The position numbers and the translations under genes were made by a program. This document shows, one piece after another, positions 12,908 through 26,601 of a stretch of 64,000 nt of DNA. Each line of letters begins with the position of its first letter. Position 1 is the first letter of the stretch. This DNA is from Spizellomyces punctatus DAOM BR117 (lineage: Eukaryota), in assembly GCA_000182565.2 (NCBI GenBank), contig KQ257452.1; one strand, written 5' to 3'. A model generated the notes under the pieces. The model was given only the letters and a program-made list of their open reading frames with translations, did no database searches and had not been told where the DNA came from.

Positions 12908-13235
12908 GTTGCCGGAAAACACATGAACGTCAAGGACAAGAAAACCACCTTCACACGACGTTTAAAGCCAGCCCACGCAAACGATGGAATGAGGACGTTC
13001 GTTGGAAACCAAAATTCCCGAAGCCCGGAGGAAAACAGCTCGCCCACCTCGGCCGTCACACATCTGCCGATCTCCATGACTGTGCATGCTGTGCCACAAG
13101 CAAGTGTGAAAGCCTTCAAGCGATTGCACAGCCCTTGCATGTGAAAAGGGAACAAAATTCACTCTCAAAAAACTGATCTAAAGTATTTTTTTTTTGTATA
13201 TCCGGCTATCGGAACAAAAGAAATGGACACATTCT

Positions 13236-14910
13236 TTATTTGGATGGTCCTGCGTGCTCGTGTCCAACTTTTTTTAGATCGCTGAGAGATCACAAAAGGT
13301 TGTGAGTACAATGCAACGTCATCAGGACGGTTTGACTGACGATGCTTCTTACCCCATCTTTGTCGTTTCGACAGGTGTTCCGTACAAAATCAACTGCTTG
13401 ATCACGGTGGTTTCCTCTCCCCCTAAATTATCTTGCACAAAAATCTAAAAAACGTCATCCAACCGTAAATGAACGAGCCAAAAAAGTGTATGACTTTGAC
13501 AGTAACTCACATTCAGATTGTGTACGCTTTGGTATTTAACAAATCGTAGGGGAATCACCGCCCCAGTCTCATAGTCATTTTCGGAAATTTCAATAGTCTC
13601 GACTGGGTCTGTGGAATCCGCCTCATCAAATGAGAGAATGGCAGCTCTGTTCACAAACGTTTTAATAGTCTTTGGTGCTTGGCCTTTCAGGAAGCGAGGA
13701 AGGAGGCTGAGCTATAAGGATGGATATGTCAAAGCCCGAAATGGCCATACCTGAAGGACCAGGCACAATCTTAATTGAGTGCAGCTTGACCGCTTGGTTG
13801 AACGGCACACTGATAATGAGCTGCTCGTCTACATCACTTTCCAAAAACGAGTCATCCTTTTTGAAGCTGTTGCGCACATTGTGGTTGTGAGATTGGTTGA
13901 GGCACTCAAGTTGGTTGATCGTGACAAATTCGGTCAGGTCGCTCTGAAATGTGTGCACGTGTCAATCCTGCATTCATGGTACAGTAGATCAGAGTGCCTA
14001 ATTGACATACGTGGCCTCCGAGTCCTGCGGCATTGTTGGATTCATCGGCGGGCCCTTGAAATTGCTTGTATCGCCCTTTATGGTTAGCCATGTCTAGGAG
14101 CGCTCATCTCAGCATTCTTATCCTACCTTGATGAGCTGCTCTAATCCATTCTTGTTTGCGCCCTTCAATTCACCAATCTTTGATCCAGCCTTGAAAAACT
14201 GACATTATGCAACCCAACGTCAGTTGCTTGCTCAAATCTGACTTTGGTTGGGACACACGTCCTATACCTGAAAGGTGGGCATCGCCTGCACGCCAGCAGC
14301 TGCAGCTACTTCCTAATCAGAGAATGTATTGGATTTCTGGTACCGGGTTGGTTTGGACTGGATTTTTCACTCACTTGCAATTCGTCAACATCAACTTGAG
14401 CAAATGTGACATGTCTATGGTCATGATGATGATAAATCCCATGAACTTGTGCGCAACATCGATTGGAATGCTGACCTGTATTTCGTGCTAAGCTCAGCAA
14501 ATACTGCATGTATCCGGGTGGATTAAGTCCCACTGTATCTACATCGGTCCGTCGAGATTTAAAACCTACCAGGCTTGATCATCTGCAATATTACTAGTGA
14601 GTAACCGTCTCCAGTCTCAACAACAAGGACAGGATCTGGCAGTCCCTACCTGACAAGGACCGCACCAACTGCACAATAAAGCAATAAGAACCATCAAGAA
14701 CCATAACACCAGCACGGATGCAATAGCAATGAATAAGGTAGTGCATACCTGGCTGTGAAATCCACCACGATCTACGCATGCATCGCGCGCTGGGTAAGCT
14801 TTAGCTCGCCATGCAAGTCAACAAATGCGACATACCAGTTTCTTGGCATCAGCCTGAGAAAGCAATGCCTGATATTCCGCCTGTGATCTAATACTTTTAA
14901 CAAGAGACAT
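13236..14910 (-). CDS. TXNL1: Thioredoxin-like protein 1 (Trx + PITH domain)
   Basis: Spliced CGPC active site after IVVDFTA. PITH motifs LESDVDEQLIISVPFNQAVKLHSI and IPLRFVKYQSV. Confidence 0.88.
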
Positions 14911-15114
14911 GTTACGCTTATTGTTGACGAGTCTACAAGGTTATTCCACTTGGCAAAAGTGTTGAGGGCGTTTGCGCTGGATGACGAATCTCATGGTGAT
15001 AAATTGAAATACGGGTTATAAGATTAGTGGCTTAGTTGAATTGTTTTTGAGGACGCGCAGGTTGAGGTAAGAACAAAGTTTGGGATTTTTCCTCCAGGAA
15101 GACGTTGAAAAACC

Positions 15115-17284
15115 ATGGAGGACATTGCGAATGCGGGAAGGTGGGATGCACTGAACCCGCCATTATCGGCACCCATGTAGGTCCTGGGTGTGGTAGTCGA
15201 CTCGCATACTGGGTATTAATGGCTTCTTCTTGCAGTTTGGAGGCTCTGCAAACACTGTCATTTACTCAAATGACACCGGTGCAGGCATCTACTGTACCGT
15301 TGTTTATGAAGAATAAGGATGTTGTTGTAGAGGTGAGTAAGGGATAATTGTAGCGGAATATATGGCTTACAGTTACACGGAAAGTAACACCTGTCTGATT
15401 TGCGACCTGGTGTTCAGGCTGTAACCGGTTCAGGAAAAACACTGTCGTTCGTTATCCCCATCCTCGAAATGCTCCTTCGACGACATCGTGATGGTCGAGG
15501 ACTATTGAAAAATCAAATTGGCGCTGTCATCATTTCTCCGACACGAGAACTGGCACGACAGATCTACGATGTTGCTACAACCTTCCTAGATGCCATAAAT
15601 ACAGCGGCGACTGCCGAATTAGAAGAGAGTGGAAATCAAGATGATGACTTTCAGGGAACAATACCAGCTCTTCAACACATGCTGTTCATTGGTGGAAATA
15701 ATGTGCAGGAGGATGTCCAGCGATTTCAGAGGGAGGGTGCCCAAGTAGTTATTGGAACTCCCGGACGGTTGGATGATTTATTGAAACGGAGTGCAGTGTT
15801 CAGTACCAAAGAGTTGGAAGTCCTTGTGCTGGATGAAGCCGATCGGCTACTCGACATGGGATTCGAACAGACCCTAACTTCCATTATTCAACGACTCCCG
15901 AAACAGCGACGAACGGGATTATTTTCTGCGACCATGTCTGATGCATTGAATCAATTGGTTCGCGTCGGCCTTCGGAATCCGGTGCGTGTTCAAGTCAAGG
16001 TGGAGAGTTTAACTCAACAGGAGGAACAATGTACACCATCCAGTTTGGAAATCGGATATGTGATATGTACGCCTGAGCAGAAACTCGTTCAGCTGATGCG
16101 TTTCTTGAAGAGAGAAAAGGATAAAAAGTTTATTGTATATTTTGCAACGTGTGCTTGTGTCGACTATTTTTTCAAAGTAAGGCGGTTGGCGATGCGAGTA
16201 TTGGATTCTGGGACAAGTGCTGATTGTTCATTGTTGATGGTCACCATAGGTACTATCAAACCTACCCGACCTCAAGGAATTTTCGTTCCATTCGTTGCAC
16301 GGCAAAATGGATCCCAAACGCCGTGAAGCCGTTTATAAAAAGTTCACGTCTGCCCCCTCTTCCTCCGTCCTAGTTTGCACAGACGTCGCTGCCCGCGGAC
16401 TGGATATTCCAGATGTCGACTATGTAATTCAATTCGATCCACCTCAGGATCCCAAATCATTTGCCCACAGATGTGGTCGAACTGCTCGGTTGGGAAGGGA
16501 GGGCAAGGCGGTGGTGTTTTTGACGCCACAAGAGGACACCTATGTCGAGTTCCTTAGGATTCGAAAAGTCCCCATGGTCGAACATCCCTTGATATCAGAT
16601 GCCGAAGCCGGACGAAAGGGGACAGAAAATGATATCCTAGAAGCTGTGCGTAAAGCCAATACCAAAGACAGAGACCTCTACGAAAGGAGCACAAAAGCTT
16701 TTGTAAGCTGGGTACGATCCTACAGCGAGCACCAAGCGAATTACATCTTTCGGTTCAAAGACGTCGATGTCGCAGCTGTTGCTCGTGCGTTTGGACTTCT
16801 CAAGCTTCCCAAAATGCCCGAGTTGAAATCGCTCAAGATTGACTTTCAGCCTACAGTCATCAACATTGACTCCATCAAATATAAAGACAAGGCCCGCGAA
16901 AAGCAGCGACAAGCCAAAATCGCTAAAGAGAAAGCCTTGGCCGAAGGAGAAGCGGCCAAGAAAGATAAAAAGCGTAAACAGAAACCAAAAGAGACGGTTG
17001 CATGGTCACAGCATAAGGAGCTAAAGGAGCGAAGATTGGAGCGCAGAGAAAAGAAGGAGAAAAAGCGGGTAGCCATTGCGAAAGCCAAAGTGGAAGGCAC
17101 GTTTGTTCCCAAGATAAAGAAGACGACAGAAGGCGACACCAGCTCTAAGCGAAGTCGGGGGAGTGATAGTGATAGCGAGGATGACTGGGAGGAAATGAAG
17201 TTGGAGGCTCGGGCGTTGAAAAAGGCCAAAAAGGCTGGAAAAACTCGACAACTGGAGATAGATTCATCGTCGGATAGTGACTAA
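15115..17284 (+). CDS. SPB4: ATP-dependent rRNA DEAD-box helicase Spb4/DDX55
   Basis: [44 protein letters not shown], and C-terminal [12 protein letters not shown] / [12 protein letters not shown]. Confidence 0.92.
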
Positions 17285-17449
17285 GTGGTGCACAGAAGAT
17301 CTGGTGCGGGCGATTGGCATGTACATAGTTTGCAGTAGCTTCCATGCTTTTATTTATTCTTAGATATAATATTATTCGTATAGTTAAGCAGCAAGTTTCA
17401 AATTCTATTGCGCGACCATCAATGTCTCGTTCTGTTCATATGCTGATTG

Positions 17450-18388
17450 TCAGCTCTCATCTTTACTCCCTTTGGAAGCCCTCTGTTCATCTTGCCCCTC
17501 CAGCATCTTCAAAACCTCCGCAAACAAGGCATTGAACATACTCTGTACACCTTCACCAGTCAAAGCCGATGTCTCAAAATACCTTCATCCCGCAATAGTG
17601 GCATAAATATAAGCAAAATATGAAAGCCAAAAGACGTACCAGTACCTACCGTAATCCCAATTGTTCAGCCATGCTCTCCCCTTCCTTTCTTGTCACTGCT
17701 CGTGGGAACTGATCTACTTTGTTGGCAACGAGAAAACTGATTGTTTCGCTTTGACAGTATGTATTCAGTTCGTCAATCCAGGACTGGAGATTGGTGAAGG
17801 TTTCCTTGTTTGATGTATCGTAGACGAGAATCACCTACAAGAGGGACAGCACCAATTCCTGAGTGATTCTAACACGAGGAGAAAACGAAACTGTAACTTA
17901 CGCCATGTGTGTCCTTGTAAAATTCGTTTCGGATCTCAAAGTATACAGAGTCCCCCGCAATATCCCAAAAGTTTACTTTGACTATTTCCAAAGTTCAAAT
18001 ACCCTCGACAATGAGCACGCTTTTCTATCATGAAGCTTAATGGATCGTCGCACCTTCAAGCTCCTCCATTTGAATCGTCTTGACACCATAGTCTATCCCA
18101 ATGGTTGATATATATTCTGAAATGAACTGTATGGATATCTGTAAGTCTACTCAGCACTTATAAACTATGTGGCAAGAACATATTACCCTCCCCTCGCAAT
18201 ACCGCTTGATCAAACAGCTTTTGCCGACATTTGGATCTCCCATGCTGAGTATTTTGATTCTGAATGTTTTTTAAAACAGGCATTATGTATCATGTTGGAT
18301 GATGGTTTTTTGAAATTGGGGAAGGAAACCTTTTGGCATCACTTTTGGTTTTGACTGGTGTGCTGAGGTGGCCGGGTTCTCTATCCAT
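17450..18388 (-). CDS. RJL-family small GTPase (DNAJC27/Rbj GTPase domain, no J domain)
   Basis: Spliced IKILSMGDPNVGKSCLIKRYCEGRF...TIGIDYGV...VNFWDIAGDSVYFEIRNEFYKD matches the RJL/DNAJC27 signature, including the missing catalytic Gln. Confidence 0.82.
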
Positions 18389-18706
18389 GTTTTGATCAAC
18401 ATAAGGATGACGGGCCGACGCGTTCACGCGTGTTTTTGGCTAAAGCCTGCTCTAGGTTTTTGCCCTTTGTTTTTATAACTAACGCTTCCTTTTCGCTTTT
18501 GTTTTTAGTTATGAGCTGATAGAACCATTTGCATCTTTATTCGGCAAGGCAATCCTCCAAGTTTGCCTCGCCAGGATTGTCTCAAATGAAGCCCATTACG
18601 ACAAGTGATCCCTGGCCAATTTCCTCCTTCCCTTGAAGCCCATTTTGCCTTACGTTATGATCAAGATTCCCCATATGGCCTGGGAGCATTCCTACAACCT
18701 TTCACA

Positions 18707-20944
18707 TGTCAAACCGTAAAAGGACATCTATCTATCCATTACACCAAACGCATGCATTTGTCCCAAACCTCCGATCTTGGTCGTTTGTGCAGACGCGACG
18801 CGTAGCTTTCGTCTCTCCTTTTGGCCCTGCTGATTCAGCAAAGATCTTTGAGTTTCTCGGTTTGCCTTTTTGACGTGTGATTAAGGAGACTGTCCACTTT
18901 AAAGGGGTTGGTCTACAAGGTTCGTAGCATCGCTCTTTTTATTGTGATTGGACTGTACTTTGACAGTGCATCAAGTATGAGCGTCATTGGAGGGAGAGGC
19001 AGCATTAATGATGAACTCATCAATGGATGTGATGTGAAGGCAATGATCACTGGGTGAGAACCGAATCCGTTTTGGCATTCTTTCATTTTGCTGTCCCATA
19101 ACATGTCTCATGTTCTTTGGTATGATACTAGGATGCCAGAACGCAAACCTTCCATCGCCGACTCTGCGTACGGAAGTAGCGAAGATCTTCTTTCCACAAG
19201 TCTCGATTACCTCGCTTCAGATTTATCTGCAGAACCGGAGAACGACGTCATTGCCTGTCCCGGCTGGAGTTCATTAGATGAGGAGGAAGGTTTATTCGAT
19301 TTTGAAGCAGAGGCTGTCCCAACCGAGGAAGACGCCGTTCGACAGATTCCGCTACTAAAGGACACCAAGGAGTTAATTGAGTTCTGGTGGGCATGCTCGG
19401 AATGATACTGCATTTTGGATGTGTTTCTGATATGGGCATGTAGGAAGTATCCGTGTGAACACCATATCGTCGAGACGCGAGATGGATTTATGGTACGTGT
19501 AATGCGTTAAGCACATATCAGAGGTACAAGGAACTCATTTCTTTTGCAGCTCGGTTTATACCGCATTCCAAATCCCCAACACGGCCCAACAGCCTTCTCC
19601 GCCATTCCCCCTTACGAACGACCTCCCGTCATCATCTGGCACGGCTTGTACATTCAAAGCGCTGCTTTTGTCTCTTCTCCAGCCGGCCCAACAGGAAATC
19701 TCGCATTTGTCCTCGCCGACGCTGGCTTTGACGTTTGGCTTGCCAATAGCCGTGGAACCGTTTCATCCCGTCGACACAGGCATTGGCAAAGTCCTGAGGA
19801 AGCCATGTTTCATTCACAATATTGGAAGTACGTTGGGTTAGATGAAATGGCAAAATTTGATGTGCCTGCTGTAGTGAACTATGTATGTGAGACCACCGGG
19901 TGGAATAAAGTGGCATACTTGGGGTACAGTCAAGGAACTGCCCAGATGTTCATGAGCTTGAGTGTTAGCGAGGAGATGAATGAGAAAGTGGCCATTTTTG
20001 TGGGGCTGGCTCCAGCATTGAAGCCGAAACGTAAGTTTGCGGTATTCTAATCCGGGAACATTCATCTGAATTTGTGATGAACTTACAGCGATATCAAACG
20101 AGACGATCAACGCCCTAACCCGCCGATTCACGCCATCTGTCCTATATGGTCTCGGTATCTGGTCTTTCCTCCCACCTGCAGAATGGCTACGACCTATGCT
20201 CCCCTCTGATATGTATGCTCAAATCGTGCACAACGCATTAATCATCCTTACTGGGTGGAGCTGCGACAAGTGGAAAAGGAGCTGGTGGCCTGCACTTTAT
20301 ATGCATTTGTTTGGGGGAGGAAGCGTGCGGAATGTGGTGGTAGGTTCTGTAGGCGCAGCGAATGATTGCAGGCCGACGACTGATGCGTAACGGTAATGTA
20401 TACTACGATAGCACTGGTTTCGAATCATAACAGAACAAACCTTCACCCCATACGAGCACGAAATTGCCCCACACCATCTCCGCCTCATATCTCCCACACA
20501 AGAAGAGCAACAGCGCACAACCACTGCTATTCAAACCTTCGCGCCAAAACGTACCGGACCGTGCTCTTACCCGACACATCACATCAAAACAAGAGTTGAC
20601 TTATTTTGTGGAGCTGAAGACACGATTTCGGATCCAGACGTCTTCAAAACTGCCCTGCCAAAAGCTTCGATTAAGATTATTGATGTGAGTTTACTATACG
20701 CTAAAGTCGCTTCTGCTTCTATACAATCTTCTTTTTACTGAGCAATTGCTTTGTTGTGTTCGCTTCGTTCTGTAGAACTACCAGCATATGGTGAGTATCA
20801 CATCGGTATTTGCCAATTCCAATCAGATGAAATCCTGACTTGCTTGGTTCATAGGACTTTCTTTGGGATCCAGCCGCAAAGGAAGCTGTTTGGAATGATG
20901 TGATATCTGCCATACGTGAAACGATGGATCTTGTGAATGTATAA
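18707..20944 (+). CDS. AB-hydrolase lipase / sterol esterase (lysosomal acid lipase, Tgl1/Yeh-like)
   Basis: LADAGFDVWLANSRG, FDVPAVVNYV, GYSQG nucleophile motif, YQHM|DFLW. The 5' end is uncertain. Confidence 0.85.
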
Positions 20945-21280
20945 ACGAACAAAGGCTGGTGAATGTATAAACTGGGTAATCTAAGGTGAAAGGTGGCTGC
21001 TACAAGACAAAAGAATATTACTTCTCATGATGGAGCTGGTGTGCTTGGTTTTAAAACTGTTTTGCTCTGAAACGATTCCTATATGGCATGCCCTCTAATA
21101 GGCTCTACGATGACATCTCTATATATACTTTTGCCGCAGACAGTAAAAAGGTTTCTAGTGAAACTATTGCCATCTGGCAAGGCGTATGCACTTCCCGCTT
21201 GGGGATGACGGAACCGGTGCATATTAACCAGCTTAGTCCTAAAATGTAGAAATCCGGTATTATGCCACTTGGTATCAAAC

Positions 21281-22735
21281 TCAGATTTTCTCCGGATCGT
21301 CCGTTGCAACGCTCTGTGACCCCCGTGTTCGCGCGATAGGTCTTGCTGAGGAACCTGTGGCGGCGAGTGCAGCACCGCTTCCTTGGGTGATTGGGTTCAA
21401 ATGAGCGTCTTCTCGTGCACGGTTGGCCAAGATTTCGTCTAACTTGGTTTGAACGATGCCCCCAAAGCGGCGGCTGTTGGATGCGTCGTAATTCTAATAA
21501 AGGATATGCGTTATCAATACCATATCTCAAGATATATGTTTAAATATTGCGGGTAGGAGCTGTGGAACAGACCTTGCTCTTCGCGTCCTCCTCGTTCTTT
21601 CGCATGAACTCGTTCCACATTGACGGTCGAACATACCAGGCACCATATTTTCCATGGGTTCGTCGTGCGTCCTCTTGGGATACAGCGCTCTGTCCTTCCA
21701 TCCCTCGCTGTCGTCTTCGGGGACTCCCGCTTCGTCGTTTGTCCTTGCCAATCTGTAGCCCAAGATTTTCTCTCAAGCTCTGCAAAAGCGCTTCTGGCGG
21801 GTTCGCCTCGCGAACAATGTTGAGCCGAACAGATGGTTTGGCTTCTAGGATGGACGGCTTGCACGCATTTAGCAGAATATCAAAGCCTTCAATATCTACT
21901 GGTCGCTGTGTGTCAGAAGGTTCAACTGGAGCGGGGTTAGCTGCCAGCGGGCCTGTCGGATCAAAGACTGTTGGTGTGTCCAACGTTGATTGTACCCATG
22001 ATTTGAGGTCTTGCGTGACTTGCTTCATTTCTGCAAGCGCTTCGGCTTGATTGTTGGCTCTAACTGTGTCATTGGTTGGTAAGTGGGCTGAGCCGTGTTT
22101 CCGACGGTCGATAAGCTGGGAATACTTTTGAACTGGGTTGGTACAGAGGTCTTGTTTGCCAACCACTGACTCTGAACCATCATGTGTATGAGTTTGTTTT
22201 GAAAGCTCCTCTTCTTTCTGTCGCTCTTCGACGCTCTGGAGGTGAGCTTCAACAATTGGAAAATCCACGTCGTCATCCGCCACTTGTTCCTCCTCTGACG
22301 GGTCGGTGTCCTCTCCCTGCGGATCTTGCCCATAGATAACCCGTCGCACATCCCTCCTCACTTTGCTATTCTGATCAATAATCCTTAGAATCGCCTCTCT
22401 CTGGTCCTGAGTGAGCCCCTTGAATTTCTTCAACATGGTCTCCTCTAAATTCCTCTCCATCTCTTCCACTCTCCGCCTGTTTCGCATGACCCTCGGAAAT
22501 GCCATCTGGTGAGCATTTTCTCTGGTGAGTTGCGTGGAAAGATCGAATAATGGGGGTTCGTATGGGTCTTGCGGCTCTAAAACTGTACGAAGTTCTGCGA
22601 GCGGCAAGCTGGTTTTCGGCACAGCAGGTCAGAGTGTCAAACATCTGTGCAGGTACTATGGCTGCGAACATATGTATGGGTGACTTGCCTGTGTGTGTGG
22701 ACTCTACGCAAGGACCAAGGACGGACGAATACCAT
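21281..22735 (-). CDS. Hypothetical protein with YGAWY motif (FAM47-like?)
   Basis: Large open exon (360-aa ORF) containing KYGAWYVRPSMW. The first exon joins through an in-phase GC-AG intron (22688-22609). The last exon ends at 21281. Confidence 0.55.
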
Positions 22736-23221
22736 GTTTTCTGTCTATTCAAGTTGAGCAATGGTTCTCGCAGCACTTGTCAAGACAGTTGGTGAACAAT
22801 GGGCGGGATTTGATTACATTCACTGGGGGTCATTGGGATCAAATGTCACTTGAACCACGGATGCGTAGCTAAGCCTCATCGGACGGAACTTGAAATGAAA
22901 ACCGGATAGAAACGTTCGTTGGATCTTGAAGTAATAATTAAAACTATCTGTTTGTGATTTTGGATATATGTCAAGGAATAAAATAATAAAAACCTCTGGC
23001 GTAACAGTTGATTCACAATTGTATTTTGAGGATGTATTTATCTTGCTTTTGTTCCTACCCAACCCGCTCAGTCGTGACCCTCCGTTTAATGAAGTACGTT
23101 CATTTTTTATCCAAAACATACAGACTATCGTTTTTCTGCAATATGGTCAGGATAACACGTCTGAAGTCATAGAGGAGATACTCTTTTCCTCTTTTCCTGT
23201 CACACGCTGATATAGATCCTA

Positions 23222-25729
23222 TCACAGAGGGTCTCTATGCTCCTTTCCACTATCCGCATTCTTTTCAAGGTTCAGCCCGGAAAGGTCCAATTCACCAGAA
23301 GGCTGTTCTATAATCGTCCGTGGTGGGACAAGAGGCGAGTAGCCGGATCCTTGACCAGGTTCTGAGCGAAGAGACGCCCGTGATGCACTCAAGGCACCAG
23401 AGGAACCTGTTTGGCTTTGTGTAGCGAGGGAACTATCGGTGAGTTCGTTTTGAGCGGATGGGGTTCTGACAACTATGGGTGGGACATCTGGAGAGAGGTT
23501 CTGGCTCGACTTGATTTCTGAAAACCGTGCAGCGAGTTGTGGCTATCACATGAAGAATGATTTGAATGAGTATGCATGCTACGCTACGTATAAACCCAGG
23601 ATATGCTCACTATACCTGAGATCGATGTAAACCGGATTTTCGACCCACACTGAGGCTAGAGTGGCTCAAAGCGGTCGCCATCGTTTTGTCCAAAATCATA
23701 TACCCTGCACCACTGCTGCTCATCCTTCTGCCTTTATTACCAAGGCTATCTTTCCTTTTCTGCTCCTCCTCATGTACCGAAGCGGGAAGTGCAATCTCCA
23801 AGTCGACTTGATCGGACTTTGCTTTCGCACCAATGGCCTCTCCATCAAGAACTTGTAACTCGCGGATGCTCGCCGTTTTTCCACCAGCAAGGTGAACGGG
23901 ATGATCACCCTTCATTACACTACCCTTAACGCCAAATTCTTCTTCCAGATCATCGATGTCAGTGAGAAGCATCGTTGCACGGTTGCCTGGACCACCCCCT
24001 CCGCGTGACCTCTTTGCAGCGAGGTGCGCTTCGTATCGTTTTACGGTCGCGGAATTGACAAGCGTTTTGTCGGCAGGGTACGCTGCGAAAGCGCGCTCGA
24101 GATCTTCTTTGGTGAAGACATAAATGTCGGTATTGCATACAGCCCGCGCGGAGTATTCGTGACGATTCCCGAGTACGACACAGAATTCGCCTGTAGTTCG
24201 AGATGCTCATCAGAAACATTGAAGAGAAATAGGCAATGCTGTGACCTTACCAAAGTAAGCTCCTTCAATCAATGACGCTGTTGGTCGTCGCAAATCATCC
24301 GTTGCATAAATATCGATTCGTCCTTGAGTGATGAAATACATCTCAAGTCCCAAATCGCCCCGGTGCACGACATATTCATTTGCAGTAAAGAGATAGAGTT
24401 TCATATCTATTGCGATCATTCGCCTGAAGCCGATGGAGCATTCTTTGAAAATGATAGCCTGAAATAGTACTTGGTTTCAACGATCACATTCACTATGAAA
24501 ATGGAACAAGAAGAACGTACGTTGTCGATGATCTGGTTGTTCAAACTCAGCGCGACTTCCTGTTTGAAGGTACTTGGCATGTCCACAAACAATCCTCTGA
24601 CGTCTATACCTCTGTTTCTCTCCCAAACGTAGTCGTAGTAGTTTAGGACACGTTCCTTCATGTCGGGGTCCATTGCGCGATCGGTCATATACTGCTTGAC
24701 AGCGTCGAGTCGCTGCTGGTATGCCACCCTGCGGGAATCCATGTTGGAAAGGGTGGAGGCAATCGTACCGTTAATGTATCCGTAGAAAATAACACCACTG
24801 AGGACGGTAAATACGGCGAAAACACGTTCAGATGTGTTGGAAGGGCGGATGTCACCGTAACCCAAAGTGGTCATTGTAACGACTATCCGCAGAATTGTAA
24901 CAGATAACTTAGAATTGCACATTAAGAGAAACTATTTTGCCATAAACGCACCTGTCCAGTACAAACTGTTGATGTACAACTGTCCAAGACCCACGGTTGG
25001 AAAAGGTTCAAAGCTTCGAAGGACCCATGAGTTGTCCTTACAAGCGGGTGTGATATCCATTGGCCAATCAATAACCCCAGAGCAAGCGTTCGCAAACCAG
25101 ATACATGCTAGCACATGTGACAATACAATTGCGTAGCAGACGAACTTTGCAACTTGAATCGTGAAGCTGGCGTGCAGTTTTTTTTCTTCCCGCCTAAAGT
25201 AAATCATGACTCGCCCTACCCGCAAGACCTTCCAGAGACGGATGATGGCCAGTTTTGCAGGTCCGGCGCTGCCATACCAGCCAAAGGCGATGAAGTCCAC
25301 TGGGAAGTTGATGAGGACGTCGTAGATGAAATCTGGCGATCGAACATAATGGACGGCCATCTCCTTGGGAAAGACAACCCAGAAACCGCCGACCAGATAG
25401 GCAACATGAAATTTGATGTACACATCCGCCAGAAAGATGACATCCATCAAGTAGCTCACAACCCATGCTGCGGCCGACCGGTACTGGAAAGCGGCCATAA
25501 AGGTCGCCAAGATAGCATTGACAATAGCGATGACGACCATAAATCGGTTCCATGTTCGAAGAAAATGGCCCTCCGGAATCAGATAGAACTTGGTCAGTTG
25601 ATCCCATAATGTGTCACCGTTCTTTGGTGGAAGAAGAGATGGTTTCTTTTGTTTCTCCATTGTCGAAAAGTCCTCAGTCGTGCTTTTGTCCCGGGAGAAG
25701 CGGGATTTGGTGGACATATTCCGCTCCAT
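23222..25729 (-). CDS. K+-selective channel of the CNG/HCN/KCNH superfamily with C-linker and CNBD
   Basis: S4-like IIRLWKVLRVGR, pore YWT|VVTMTTLGYGD, C-linker ERVLNYYDYVW, CNBD EYVVHRGDLGLEMYFITQG...YFGE. Confidence 0.9.
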
Positions 25730-26206
25730 GATGGGCCGAGCACGTAAGCTGGTTACGAAAGGGAGAAAGCGTAAGTTTTGTCAAAATCGGAGACTTCGAG
25801 ATCTTTTGTTTGTCTGCTCCTTATAACTTAAAAAAATGGAAAAAAAGTTCCTCTCGCTTGCTCTAAGATTGTTCTTTTTCTTGCGATTTTTAGAAATATA
25901 AAGGGGAAATCGACTTTTTAGCATCGTTCTAACATCGATATTCCCTCATTTGCTATTGATCCGACCATGCGCGGAGTCTGAACTCTAATTCGCTTTCAAA
26001 CCTTATTCATGTAACACACGACTATGTCTGATATTGTCTTGACCATTGCACAAAGGCTTGAGAGGATAGGAGAATAATACGATGCAGACTTGTTTACTTT
26101 TTTCGAGTTTCCATCTTTGGATCGGAGTTTGGGGGTCGCCCAGCTTATGTAGCTGATTGATCTTGTAAAAAAGTAACATCATCCGTTATTCAACCGGTTT
26201 TCAACA

Positions 26207-26278
26207 GCTCGTATGGTTTAGTGGCATAACGTCGCCTTCACACGGCGAAGGTCCTCAGTTCGATCCTGAGTACGAGTA
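26207..26278 (+). tRNA. tRNA-Val(CAC)
   Basis: Acceptor stem GCTCGTA/TACGAGT, anticodon arm TCGCC-TTCACAC-GGCGA, T-loop GTTCGAT. Confidence 0.93.
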
Positions 26279-26441
26279 CTAAGTTTATTGTAGCAGTTGT
26301 TTTTTTAAGACTCCATAGGGAAAATTATGTAATCAACCAATGAACAACGAACCGACTTTTCCCATTAATTCGCCGGTTAGATTGATCAGAGTCATGAGGA
26401 TTAATGGATCATGAACATTTTGGAGCCAGGTCATTGTAACG

Positions 26442-26513
26442 GCTCGTATGGTTTAGTGGTATAACGTCGCCTTCACACGGCGAAGGTCCTCAGTTCGATC
26501 CTGAGTACGAGTA
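26442..26513 (+). tRNA. tRNA-Val(CAC), second copy
   Basis: Identical to 26207-26278 except one D-loop C>T. Confidence 0.93.
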
Positions 26514-26601
26514 CTCTATGGGTTAATGACATGGTTTTTTTTTTCCTTCCGCATTGGAGAAATTGTATATTCAAGCAACTCAATCAAAAAAAGTCTCTCA
26601 T

